Positions 1 through 11,337 of a stretch of DNA of 64,000 nt are shown in pieces. The notes under the pieces are model-generated. The model was not told the origin of the DNA. It was given only the letters and a program-made list of their open reading frames with translations, and searched no databases. Location: the NCBI GenBank assembly GCA_965112155.1, contig OZ218099.1; one strand, given 5' to 3'. Each line of letters opens with the position of its first letter. The stretch's first letter is position 1. This DNA is from Podarcis liolepis. Lineage: Eukaryota. Position numbers and translations under genes: made by a program.

Positions 1-226
1 AATTGATGTGGGGTGGGTGTGTTGTGTGGCAGGGACCCAGAGTATTATACATAGCCATTCATGTCTAGGCTGACCTCTTTGCACTCTCTTAGGTTCTGGG
101 CTACTATATGCAGGCTCTGCTTTGTGCTTTCCCCCCTCCAACCACAAGTTTGGTAATGATCTTAGTGTCTATGCCAATATTGGTCAGCATGTGAAAAGCT
201 GGACCTTTTGGCAGACATTTCACAGA

Positions 227-292
227 TTGCTCAGTTGGTAGAGCACAGGACTTAATCTCAGAGCATGGTTTCGGGCCCCATGTTGGGCAAAA
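227..292 (+). mobile_element. tRNA-Lys-derived SINE head or tRNA pseudogene fragment
   Basis: tgctcagttggtagagca...cttaatctcag...ggtttcgggccccatgttgggc resembles tRNA-Lys(CTT), with internal deletions. Confidence 0.6.
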
Positions 293-407
293 CTGTTACC
301 TGCTCTGTCTATATTTCTCAGTAACAACATGTGCCCCCCTCCACAAGTTCAGCTGTGCTTGGGAGGGAAGCTGTGCTATTCACAGCCTAAAAGATTTGAC
401 TAGGGAC

Positions 408-408
<1 letters not shown>

Positions 409-455
<47 letters not shown>
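409..455. repeat. (TG)n microsatellite
   Basis: Perfect dinucleotide run. Confidence 0.98.
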
Positions 456-458
<3 letters not shown>

Positions 459-2888
459 ACCACTCTCCTTATCCCTCCCAGCCAAAGTAGGCTGTTCCCA
501 ATGTTGGATGCCCTGAAGACTTGGAGGTGGGTGGGATGGGCTTTCTGCCAGGAGGGGTGGCTGGGCTTTGTTAGTTTGGGCTCTAAGCCATGGGGCAGGA
601 AAGGAGCTGGGACTGCGGCCACAAGTCTGGTCCCGTGCAGTTGTGGCTGTGATCAGGTGCTGCTGAATCAGCTGGCGAAGCTGTTCCACCTGTTCCCCTT
701 TGCACACTCGCGCGCTCAGGAATGTCCCGTCCCTCCCAGCCCTGCTCACTGGCAGGAGCTGACACGTAGATCTCCAGTCTCGTGGCCTCACCTCTTGAGG
801 AAACAGCTGGTATAGCGCGTGCGTGTAAGCCTTGGCATGATCTTCCTGTCAGGAAGACGCTAATATGTCTTGCTTTCCCTATACCTGCCATCCGCAGGCC
901 AGAGTACCGCAAACCCAGTGGGAGGAAGAGAGCTTACAGTTTCTGAAGGAGGAAGGAGAAGCTTGTACCGCTGCCGTTTATTATTGAGCCTGTGGGAGGC
1001 CTGCTTCCCAGTTCCTCCAAAGGCCTGCCCCTTTCCCAAAGCAAAAATTGGCCCGACTTCTTGCTTAACTCTTTAAATATAACTGGCCTCTTGCAATCCA
1101 GAGGCTAAACACAGGATTCCCAGCCTCCGGACACTCCACTGCCCCCTGAAATAGTGCTGTGATAGCATTGCGGATCCCCTTTCTGTCGTAAGCCTGCAGA
1201 GGGTGGATGTGTCTGAGCCTGCTGATGTTAATTGTGTTGTCAGGGTAGAAATTAATACCCTCCTCTTACGGCTGGATGCCAGAGCTCTTGCAGTGGGTGC
1301 CCCCAAGCTATTTGTCTGCTCTGCACTTGCTTGTTGGGGTGTGTGGTTTGCGTGCAAGTCCCCAGCGGATGCACAGCCAAGGCTGCCCCGTGAGGCTCCA
1401 TCTCTGCCTTCTGTCCTGTAAGGTTTTATCTGAGATCGGGAGCACTCGCTTAGCATTCAAGGGAATCTGGCTCCTAGCCATGCTGTTCCTTGCTTCTGCC
1501 TTTTTCCTCTTGGCATGCTAGGGGAAAGGTGCTCAAAAGAGGCAATGCTTCTGCTGTGGAGATGAAAGTTCATGAAGGGGGAAACCCCTTGTCTCCAAAT
1601 CACAAGTGTTGCCAAATCGCATCCATCTGGGGCTGCTGTTCCAGTGTGTGCATGTTTTATGATGCCAGGAGACTTGTAAGGTGAGGGCAAGGATGGATTA
1701 GTCTTTCCCTAGTTGCCTCATATGTATTCCAGGGATGGACAGTCTTTTTACCCCCAGAGGCTACATGCAGCGACGGTGGGTGCTTACATACATGTACATA
1801 TCACCACAGAGATATGTGCGCACATCCTCTGAAAGCAGCAATTGTGGTGCCTAGCAAGTATGATACTTACTTGCTTTCTTTCCTTGCTCAGAGGATAATA
1901 ATCAACTACCACCTCAGAATGAGCAGCTGTGTGGTGTGCTGTGAGTAGCACAGTTTACGTACTTCTACCAGTAGTAAAATTCAGCAAAATTCAATTGGCA
2001 TTGGGAGTGGGTAGCTTGGGAACACACATTGGGCTGCATGTGGCTTGCAGTTTGCTTGTGTGTGATCTAAGATGGTGACTTGTGATGCCATCATGGCCAG
2101 CCTTGGCCATCAGGAATGTTTGTTTCTGTTCTAAGCTCTTGACAGCACTAAGGAAAAGGCTTTGGGAAGAGCGGACTTGTCCAAGTTCCTGGGACTTTAT
2201 TTTATTTTTCAGAAGCTATTGTTCTTTATAGACAGGCCAGGAATAAATTAGGGAAAGTATATTAACAGGCAACGAATCTGTGCAGTATGTTTTGGCTTTC
2301 CACATTTGGGGAGGTGACGTCATTGCCGTACGTTTCCCCCGAACCAATGAGTAGGGCTGGAAGAGGCCATGCAGGGAAACCTTCCACTTTCTGAAGTTGG
2401 CATGTCCACCTGGCCATAGGAAGGGAACAAGGGTGCAAGAACCTTCAACCAGCCCACCCTCCAGGCATGCCAAGGCAAGTGTGGGGAAGCTGTGCCCACC
2501 CCCAGACGTTGCTGGACTGCATCCTTGACCTATGGATATGCTGACGGGGGCTGATGGACATTGGGAGCCCAGCAGTGTTTGTAGGCCACAGGTCCCCCCT
2601 TCCCACTTCAGAGCACTACTGGGACACTCTCATGTGCTGTGAGTAAATCAAAATGAGGGACAGCTTCCTTTCCACTGTAAGTCCTTTACCAAAAGGACCA
2701 GGAACATGCCAGGCACTGCAGCCAGCCCTCACTTACCCCTCATTTGCCATGATCACCCAGAGGTTTTCTGCCCTAGATTCCTAGCTGCTGGTCATAAATC
2801 TGTGACCAAGGTACTGGTTAAGTGGGTGGGCCAAACAGCAATGTTGGTGGGCCCTGGTATGATGCTTTGGGCCTGGTAGCTGCTTGAG

Positions 2889-3214
2889 CATGGGTAAGCA
2901 AACTAAGGCCCAGGGGCCTGGATCCGGCCCAATCACCTTCTAAATCCGGCCCATGGACAGTCCGGGAATCAGTGTGTTTCTACATGAGTAGAATGTGTCT
3001 TTTTATTTAAAATGCATCTCTGAGTTATTTGTGGGGCCTGCCTGGTGTTTTTACATGGGTAGAATGTGTGCTGTTATTTAAAATGCATCTCTGGGTTATT
3101 TGTGGGGCATAGGAATTTGTTCATTTTTATTTTTTTTCAAACTATAGTCCGGTCCCCCACAAGGTCTGAGGGACAGTGGATCGGCCTCCTGCTGAAAAAG
3201 TTTGCTGACTCCTG
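2889..3214. mobile_element. Non-autonomous hAT-like DNA transposon with an internal ~70 bp tandem duplication
   Basis: Ends catgggtaagcaaact / agtttgctgactcctg; second copy at 26306-26535 lacks the duplication. Confidence 0.75.
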
Positions 3215-3310
3215 TGCTGCTTGAGGATGCTGGGTGCTGCTTCTGGCCCTGGTCCTGAACGGTGGGATTCACCCTGATGCAGCCTTGAGCCACTGCATAT
3301 GCCTCTAACT

Positions 3311-3448
3311 CAGTGGTTCTCAGCCTGTGGGTCTCCAGATGTTGTTGGACTACAACTCCCACCATCCCTGAGCTCTGGCCTTGCTAGCTAGGGGTTATGG
3401 GAGTTGTAGTTCAACAACATCTGGGGACCCACAGGTTGAGAAAGGCTG
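3311..3448. mobile_element. Palindromic hAT-type MITE (138 bp)
   Basis: Whole element is an inverted repeat (ggactacaactccc / gggagttgtagttc); perfect 8-bp target-site duplication ctctaact. Confidence 0.88.
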
Positions 3449-4209
3449 CTCTAACTTGTCTGATTCCCCCCACACCCAGACTGAGAGGAGTAAAAGAGAC
3501 AACCTATATCATTAAGAATCACCTGCTGGCCTTGATTTGGAAGGCTTTTCAGGATCCCCTGCCTGTTGTGTGCCTGGGCTTGAGCCCACCTCCATCTGTG
3601 GAACTATTTCCCCCCTGTAACACTGGAGACAGGCCTGTGGGGACAGGGGAGAGACAGCAAAAGGCCCTGGAGGGGGACAATGTCATTATATCTGCAACAC
3701 CTCCTCTCTTGGTATAATTTTTCATTGCATTTCTACCCCATTCCTTATTAGGGGAACCCAGGGGACAACGTACATAGGATATCTTTTTCTCACAACAGTT
3801 CCTGTGGGATAAAATAGTCAAGGCTTCCCTAACCTGGTGCCCTTTAGATGCCCCCCAGAACTGCAACTCCCATAATTACTGTCCATTGACCATACTGGCT
3901 GTGACTGATGGGAGTTGTAGTCCGGCAACTTTTGGATGGCACCAGATCAATGGGGAGATGCAGATCTGGTGTCTGAGCTTCAGGGTGGATTGAGGATTTA
4001 TACTTGAATTTATTGCACCAAAACCCACTCTCTTAGCCACTGCAGCTCACTGACTTGGGGCAGATAGTGGTGACAGAAAACTAATAGGGGTACTGAGGAT
4101 CAGGAGGCTCTGGGGGTTGGTGTGCAAAAGATACTGTGAGGCAGATGGGATATTTTAGAGAGGCTTGCTGAGCGCAAGGAATAATGTGACTGTTTCTCTG
4201 TGTGTACAG

Positions 4210-4475
4210 AGCACATCCCTGCTGAGCTACGTGAACCCTTCTATACAGACCAGTATGAACAGGAGCACATGAAGCCTCCTCTCATCCGCTTGTTGCATTC
4301 GTCTGACATCTACTGCCGTGCCTGGCGCCGGGCCCTGCCATCGGGCGCTGATGGCGCCCCTTCCCCCAAGGACAATGCTGCCTTGCTCCAGCTTCTGGCC
4401 CATCGTGGCTTGGTGCCCACCTTCCAAGACAAGCCCATCAAGGAGACAGATCTGCACCACAAACCAATCAGACTG
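4210..4475 (+). CDS. CAMSAP3: CAMSAP3 coding exon (EHIPAELREPFYTDQYEQEH...HKPIRL)
   Basis: tacag|AG acceptor, CTG|gtaagt donor; conserved CAMSAP N-terminal sequence. Confidence 0.95.
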
Positions 4476-7400
4476 GTAAGTCCACAAGCTTGGCATCTTT
4501 CCAGGGGTAAACATTTTGACTTGGTGCTCTTGCAGAAGGAGGGGGGCGTGTACTGTTTGTTCAAACTGGAGTGGGTGTTGGTGTTGGTTGCTGGAGAATG
4601 GAAAGAAATTAATTGCCCTCCAACTCTCAGCTGAAACCAGGAGCAGAGGTGGGGAGCTCAGTTAGTGCCTTTCCAGAATGAACGTGGTAGGATGGTTCCT
4701 TCTAAATTTTAGTGGGGTGCTATGATGTACGGGTGGCTAACTTGCAGTTCTTCAGTTGTTGTTGGCCTCCATCTCACATCGGCCCCTGCTAGCATGTCCA
4801 GCAGTCAGGGGTGATGGGAGCTGGAAGTCTGGCAAGATGTGGACAACTGCAGGCTGTGCTGACATGAGTTGGAGGACCTGCTCTTTGAGGATTCAGGAGC
4901 AGAGCTAAGTTCATCATGTTCGGTTTCCCCACTGTACTGCAACAGTGTGGTGGCAGAGGCCGCGCTTGTGGTAGGCTATCCAGGATATCCACAACTTGCA
5001 CACATTTAACTTGTGTTCATTCAGCTTTATGCACTTGGCAAAAAATAAAAAAGAGATGAAAAGGGAGCAGACGTCCAGGAAAAAAGGCTTTGGCCTGTAC
5101 CCAAGGTGTTTTGACGATGCACGATTTTGGCTTTAGGCATGATCCCCGGAATGTAACTCTCACATAAGCATTAAAAATTAGTCTATATTAGTTAACCACA
5201 ATGTGAAGCATGAATTTAGTAGTTTTGAAATGTGGTTAGCGCAAATGGGTGCAGTCATTGCCTAGATATATATATATGCCTGGAGCTCTGTGATCTGGTG
5301 ATCATGATGACAGTAGCACAGGCTTCACTAGATCTGGTGCTTTCCGGATGTTTGGGACCACCATTCCCCATCAGCGACTGTGCTGGCTGGGCCTGGTGGG
5401 AGTTGTGGTCCACAGCATCTGGAAGGCACCAGGATGGCGAAGGCAGCATTAGTGGCTGGGCGCTGCTGTACAGAGGAAGAGCACTGGCTGTTCTGGGCAT
5501 ATGTTTGATGTAACTGATGGTTTGGGGGAGAGGGTGGAGAAAAATATTTTCTGTGAAAGGATCCCCTTGCCACCAGCCCAAAGGCAGGCTCTGAATTGTG
5601 GGGAGGACGCTCGCTGCTCCTGTTGACGGCCTCGTGTAAATGCTGCTCTCCCCAGCGCTGTCCTGTCCTGTGCAGAGGCATGGTGGAGGCCCTGAGGGTG
5701 ACAGACAAATCCCCAAAACTCCTTCCCTCCTCCCTCCCTCCTTGCCTGCCTCTGTTAATACAAGGAGCGTCTTCTGTGGCGCCACAGCTTCAGGGTGGAG
5801 CCTTTACAAGCTTAGATCCCAGCCACCCCGTGGGAACCCCTTCCCTCATCTCTCTGTGGGTGGGGAGGGCTGAGGTGTGGCTAAAGACAGGAGAAGTTTC
5901 TTTCTACCCCCCACCCCCACCCCAAGGTCTTTTGACTCTCCCGCTTGGGAAGCTGAAGCCTCCTGTTGCTCCCTTCGAAGCCCCGTTGGTTTGTAAAGTG
6001 CTGATATTATCAAGGAGAAAAGATGGGCCACAGCACTCTAAAGGTTAGATGGCCAGAATTAGGAACATCTGCCTCATGCCAGATGAGGCCACTGGTCCCT
6101 CCAGCTGAGTGTTGTTTACACTGACTGGTAGCAGCACTCCAAAGGTTCTTCCCTCCCTGGAGACTCCTAAGGATTGAACCAGGGACCCTCTGCTGGCAAA
6201 GGAAGTTATTTACTGCTGATCTAAGGCCTGGCATGCGCAGACATCTGTACACGTGTGAGAAGGAAGGTCCTCTGTACAAGCTGCTAGTCGTTTTTCACTT
6301 GTACACAAGCACATGGGAATTCAGGTTTTCTTTAACTTCGGTGGGACCTTAGTGGTTTGTATCATAGCAAATCCTAAGAAGGCGGGAGAACAGGATAATA
6401 TCCTAGAAGGAAGGGTGCTTTTTTGTTTGTTTGTTCTGGTTTACTGTTGCAGGGGTGAAACAGGGTCCTGGCTTTGTGTGTCCCCTTTTAGAAGCATCTA
6501 TAACTAGCCAGCTCGGAGTGTGTGTGGGGTTGAGCAATAATAAGTGAACTTGGGGAAACTTATCTGCAATAGCTGACAACTCCACATCCTATCTCCCTTT
6601 CCAGTTTATCTATTTTCAGGAAGGGCTGTTGTGAGGCGGGGATGTGGTTGGGAAACACTGTGGGTGTCTCCCTCTCCCCTCTGCAAGAATACAGATGGGA
6701 AAAAGAGAGCTGTGAAGGGTGGGAACCATACACTTATTTAGGTGTGAAAGGCAAGAAGTGTGTGAGAAGAGAGAGGGGGGTTCAGAAGGAGGCTGAGGTT
6801 GGAGTCTGTCTGTCCCTCACACCGAAGCCCACCCCACTGTGTATGAGGGATTTTAAAAATGAAAATTGTTGACGTGTTGATATGAGAATTCCAAATGGAT
6901 ACACTGGCAACAAAGGAGGTGGCAAAAGAAAGAAAACTCAGTTAAAACACTAGGAAACCAAGGGAAGAGTGGAAGGGAAGTAAAAGTAAATATATATATA
7001 GCATTTAAACAGCTTGGAAGAATATATATATATATGTGTGTGTGTTACTATTATTAGTACATGTTTATGTTTTATAAACATGTTATCGTTTTTCTTTTCA
7101 TTTTGTGCATGCATGTAACAGAATATGTGTTGATGGCAAAAACAGAAAAGCAAATAAAAAATATTTTTTTGGGGGGGGGTTGCTTTTGCGGTGGAGCAAA
7201 GGAAGACCTGGAATATGGGGGAAGCAACACAAAGCCAGCGCTAGGAAGGATGTACAAATTGTTAAAGCCCAGAAAGGGGGCTTGGGGATTTCTGCTTTCT
7301 GCTCCCTGGGCCCAGCAATTATCATTCTTCCACCTGTGCTTGTGTAATGGGAGGGGGAGGCGGGGAGGGGGAATCCCCGCTACTGGTGCGGCTCTGCTGG

Positions 7401-10400
7401 CAGGTGCCCAGCAGGATTGCTCCGCGCTGAGCGGGTATCTCTGATTGCTATTAATTTTGCTCTGGTGATTCTGTCAAGGCCGGGAGGAGAGGCGAGAGCA
7501 CCAGCTAGCTGGAGGGAGGGGTGTCCTCTATCTCCCTTGCTCCCAGCTGAGTGCTGGGGAAATGGTGCCCATGGAAGCAATTGGAAAGGGAAGGTTTAAT
7601 CTTGCCCAGGGTTGAGGGTGAGGAGAATGATGGAGACTCTTGATTTTGATCCGGGCATTTGGAGCCCCTCCCAAGGAAAGTGTAGATTGCACTCCACATG
7701 GGACAAGATGTTTAGAGAGCACACAGCTAGGCTGCCGCCACACCCTGAACTCCAAGAGTATGGGAGAGCAAAGCAGCGGATTAGTTGCTCTGTGGAGGGA
7801 GCTGGTCGTGGCAGCCATGTTGGCTTTCTGCCAGCAATGATATTGGAAAGCAGACATCAGAGCCAGAGCCGAGCAGTGTGGCTATTATCCGACTCCCCTG
7901 GCCTCGTCTGACACGGCCTCAGTGTATTTATCCCACAAAGGCCTTATTGAGGCCCAAGCAGCTAAAGGGAGCGTGGCTGTGTCTGTTTTGGGCCTTGTCT
8001 TTGAAGGAGGGGAAGAAGAAACCAGGGGAACAGGGTTTTTTAGCCAGAGGTCCCCCGTCCTGAGGTGTGCTAGGTGTGGCCCCAGCTCTGAAGGGGAATG
8101 AGAGGCTTGTTCTCAGGCTTCTCCCTTCAGGCTTGACACATCCCTTATTCTGCATTATTCTCTCTCTGTCTCCCAAGTACGAGCGCCCCATTAACACCCA
8201 AGCTTGATTCACTGTCGAGTCAACAGCTTTTTCCTCTGCTGCAGTTCCCGCTCTGCTGGTGCAGAAAATTGGGCTGCCAGGAAGGGCTGGGTGTGGTGTA
8301 CCTAGAGGCCGGCATCTGGCCTGCTTGCTGCCTTTGGCTTGCAAGGGCCCAGTTGCTGTTGGGCACTCGGTGAACTCACATTTTGATACTCCTGCTCTTC
8401 TTCCTTTGAACCCACCTCCTCACAAAAAAACCCCATTCCTGGATCAGGCTAGAGCTGTAGTCATTTGAATAACCAATGCAGTGTTTGTGTGATTACATAG
8501 CCCATTCTTAAAACGTTTGCCATGGTAGCAGTAAGTTTTATTTGATGACAAAACTTGGGTCCTAGGATCTGTATTAAAGATGGGTGGGAGCTTTCATTGC
8601 ATTTTACAGTTGTGGGCTGACTTTCCATAACTTGTTCAGGCAGGGGTTTCAGTAAAAACTTTGTGCAGGGTGCACCAGTTTGGCCAGAACTGAGTAGCAA
8701 AGTTTGTCCCTTTTTGAAAGCTGATCCCATACCTGCATGCAGAGAATGAGCATGTCAGGGAGAAGAGTTCAGTTTAGTCCAGGAGCAGAGAACCTTTAGC
8801 CCTCCAAGTGATGATGGTCTCCAACTCCCATCAGACCCAACTAGGATGGCCAGTGGTCAGGGATGATGGGAGTTGTACTCCAGCAACATCTCTGGAAGGC
8901 CACACATTGGCTACCTTTGGTCTAGTTTCATTAGTTCAACATTTTATTTTCGTGGTAAAAAGGCTTCAGACTTGCAATTCCTTCCATGCAGCCTGAAGAG
9001 GTACAGTCCAGAGAAACCTTCATCACTTGAATTTAGCTGATTGTATAAACTGTCCATCCTCATATCGTTGTGAGGCAAGCCTTGAGCAGTATTCAGTTGT
9101 CCTGTTGGCACAAGGATTTCCACTTGGGCAACTGGGCTTCTACCACTACCACCTTTGCCTTGCATGTGCCATGCACCCTTCCTAAATCTACTCCAGAGGG
9201 TTGGAGAAACCCCTGGAACAGCTTTGCAGGGGGAGGAGAGAGGAAGAACATTCCGTTGCACAAGCAAAAATCCCCGTGCTGATGGAACATTCACTTTATG
9301 CTGCGTTGGATATTCCCCTCCCCCCTTGACTCAGCAGAGACTTCACTTTTTTCCATTTCTTGTTAGCAGATCACTGCTGGCAGAAAATCTTCTAGTGCTG
9401 CTTCTGCCATGGGGGTGAGGTTGTAGGAGGGAGAGTTCCCTGTCACATTTTCTGTTCAGGAGCTTAACAGACAAAAGTACCATTATTCAGCGCCTGGGAC
9501 CTTCCTTCATATTTCCATAGGAAGTGGCTCAAGTTTATCCCACCTGCTTAAACCTCTTGGCTAGAAGGATTTCAGCTTTGCTTGGAGAGACCACAGGCAA
9601 TTTTGGGTCTTCCAGTCTAATGTTCTATCTGCTGCTTCTCTCCCCATGTCTGTACATCACAACTGTGACCTTTGTCAACCACTGCAAGTCCACTGTGAAC
9701 TGCAAATGGGTCCTATCAAGAAAGATGCTGTCTTCCATCTCCCCCTGCCACTTTAGAATATCAGAAGGCAGCTGGCATTGTTGCTAGGGTCTTCGCAGAG
9801 ATAATTGGCTTGTAGGCTATCCTATTAGACCTGCCCAGAAGCAGAAGAGGCTGTTGCTCCTGGACCCATAGTTCCTGGGCTTGGGGCACTGAGAAATCTT
9901 GCATGCAGAATTTGGAGGGAAACATGGGGGCAGGCAGACTGCATGCATGATGACGACGATGCTGGTAATAAAGCCCAATATCTGCACCTAGCACATGTTC
10001 CCTTTGCCCCCAGGCTGCTCTCATCCAGGTTCTCCTTAACAGCATTAAAAGCTTAAGGCAACTAATCTGCTCTCCTGTGGTGTAAGACTGGGACTGAGCT
10101 TGCTCAGTCGGGCACAGCAAGGGGGATTCTCATGTTACCATGATCTGGCCCAAGACTCCAGTCCTTGTAGTGGGGTGGGACAGCTGAAAATAATGCCAAT
10201 ATATTTCACATCTGGCAACCAATGCACCCTTTTGGCTTCAGATAGTACATGGGTAGAGGAGGCTAAAAAGCCCAGGACACAAATTTGCACAGCCCTCTAG
10301 CAACTATGGTGGCTCATTTACCAGAAGTAATGTATTTAGCATTAACTCTGAAAGTGTATACTAGATTCTGACCAAACTAAGCCCCCTAGAGCAAAATATA

Positions 10401-11292
10401 CACCAGGAAGCTTAGTTTGGTCAGAATCGAGTATGCACTTCCAGAGTAAATACATCTACGTGCTGCCAGCCTGCATCTGCTGGTAACTCTATTCATTCTG
10501 CTTATTCACCCCAGCCAAGACGCTGTCCTTCCAGCATGCCCCCGGCACTCTGTGTGCTTTATTACACTGGAGAAAGCAGCTTATGCCATGGAGGGCTAGC
10601 CTGTTGCCCTGTGATAGGAGAGCAGAACATACCGTATTTTTTGCTCTATAAGACTCACTTTTTCCCTCCTAACAAGTAAGGGGAAATGTGTGCGTGTCTT
10701 ATGGAGCGAATGCAGGCTGCACAGCTATCCCTGAAGCCAGAACAGCAAGAGGGATTGCTGCTTTCACTGCGCAGCGATCCCTCTTGCTGTTCTGGCTTCT
10801 GAGATTCAGAATATATTTTTTCTTGTTTTCCTCCTCCAAAAACTAGGTGCGTCTTGTGGTCTGGTGCATCTTATAGAGAGAAAAATTACAGTAGTTGATC
10901 TGTGTCTTTGAACTTTAGGAAGCAGGGAGAAAAGTAAACTGAACTTGGCAATTCATCCTGAGGAATGATGGAGCTTGCTTGCACCTGTCCCAGCATCAAT
11001 GGGAAGATAGTTCTCCCTTTTCCTGTGTAATCTCACACCTAGGGGTGGCACCAACTGTGTGCCTGGCTCCATTTGTGGGGTAAGGATACCCTCGTGGCTG
11101 AACACAGGTTGCCTAACTTGTCTCTCTCTTCCTTGCCACACGTACAGGGTGCACACCTGGCATTGATTGACTCACTGATGACAGCGTTTGCGTTGGAAGC
11201 CACCAGCTCACTCAGTGTTACGCCAGGCACTGATCTGGCAGCCATCTCCTGGGACCAGAAACTTCTGCACTGGATAGACATGGTACCTTATT

Positions 11293-11337
<45 letters not shown>

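Noticed and set aside
227-292. Functional tRNA-Lys gene
   Set aside because: Deletions in the anticodon and variable arms and no intact acceptor stem; SINE or pseudogene
380-815. ORFs with HT or CV dipeptide runs (also 52646-53131 and 55613-56003)
   Set aside because: Translation of microsatellites
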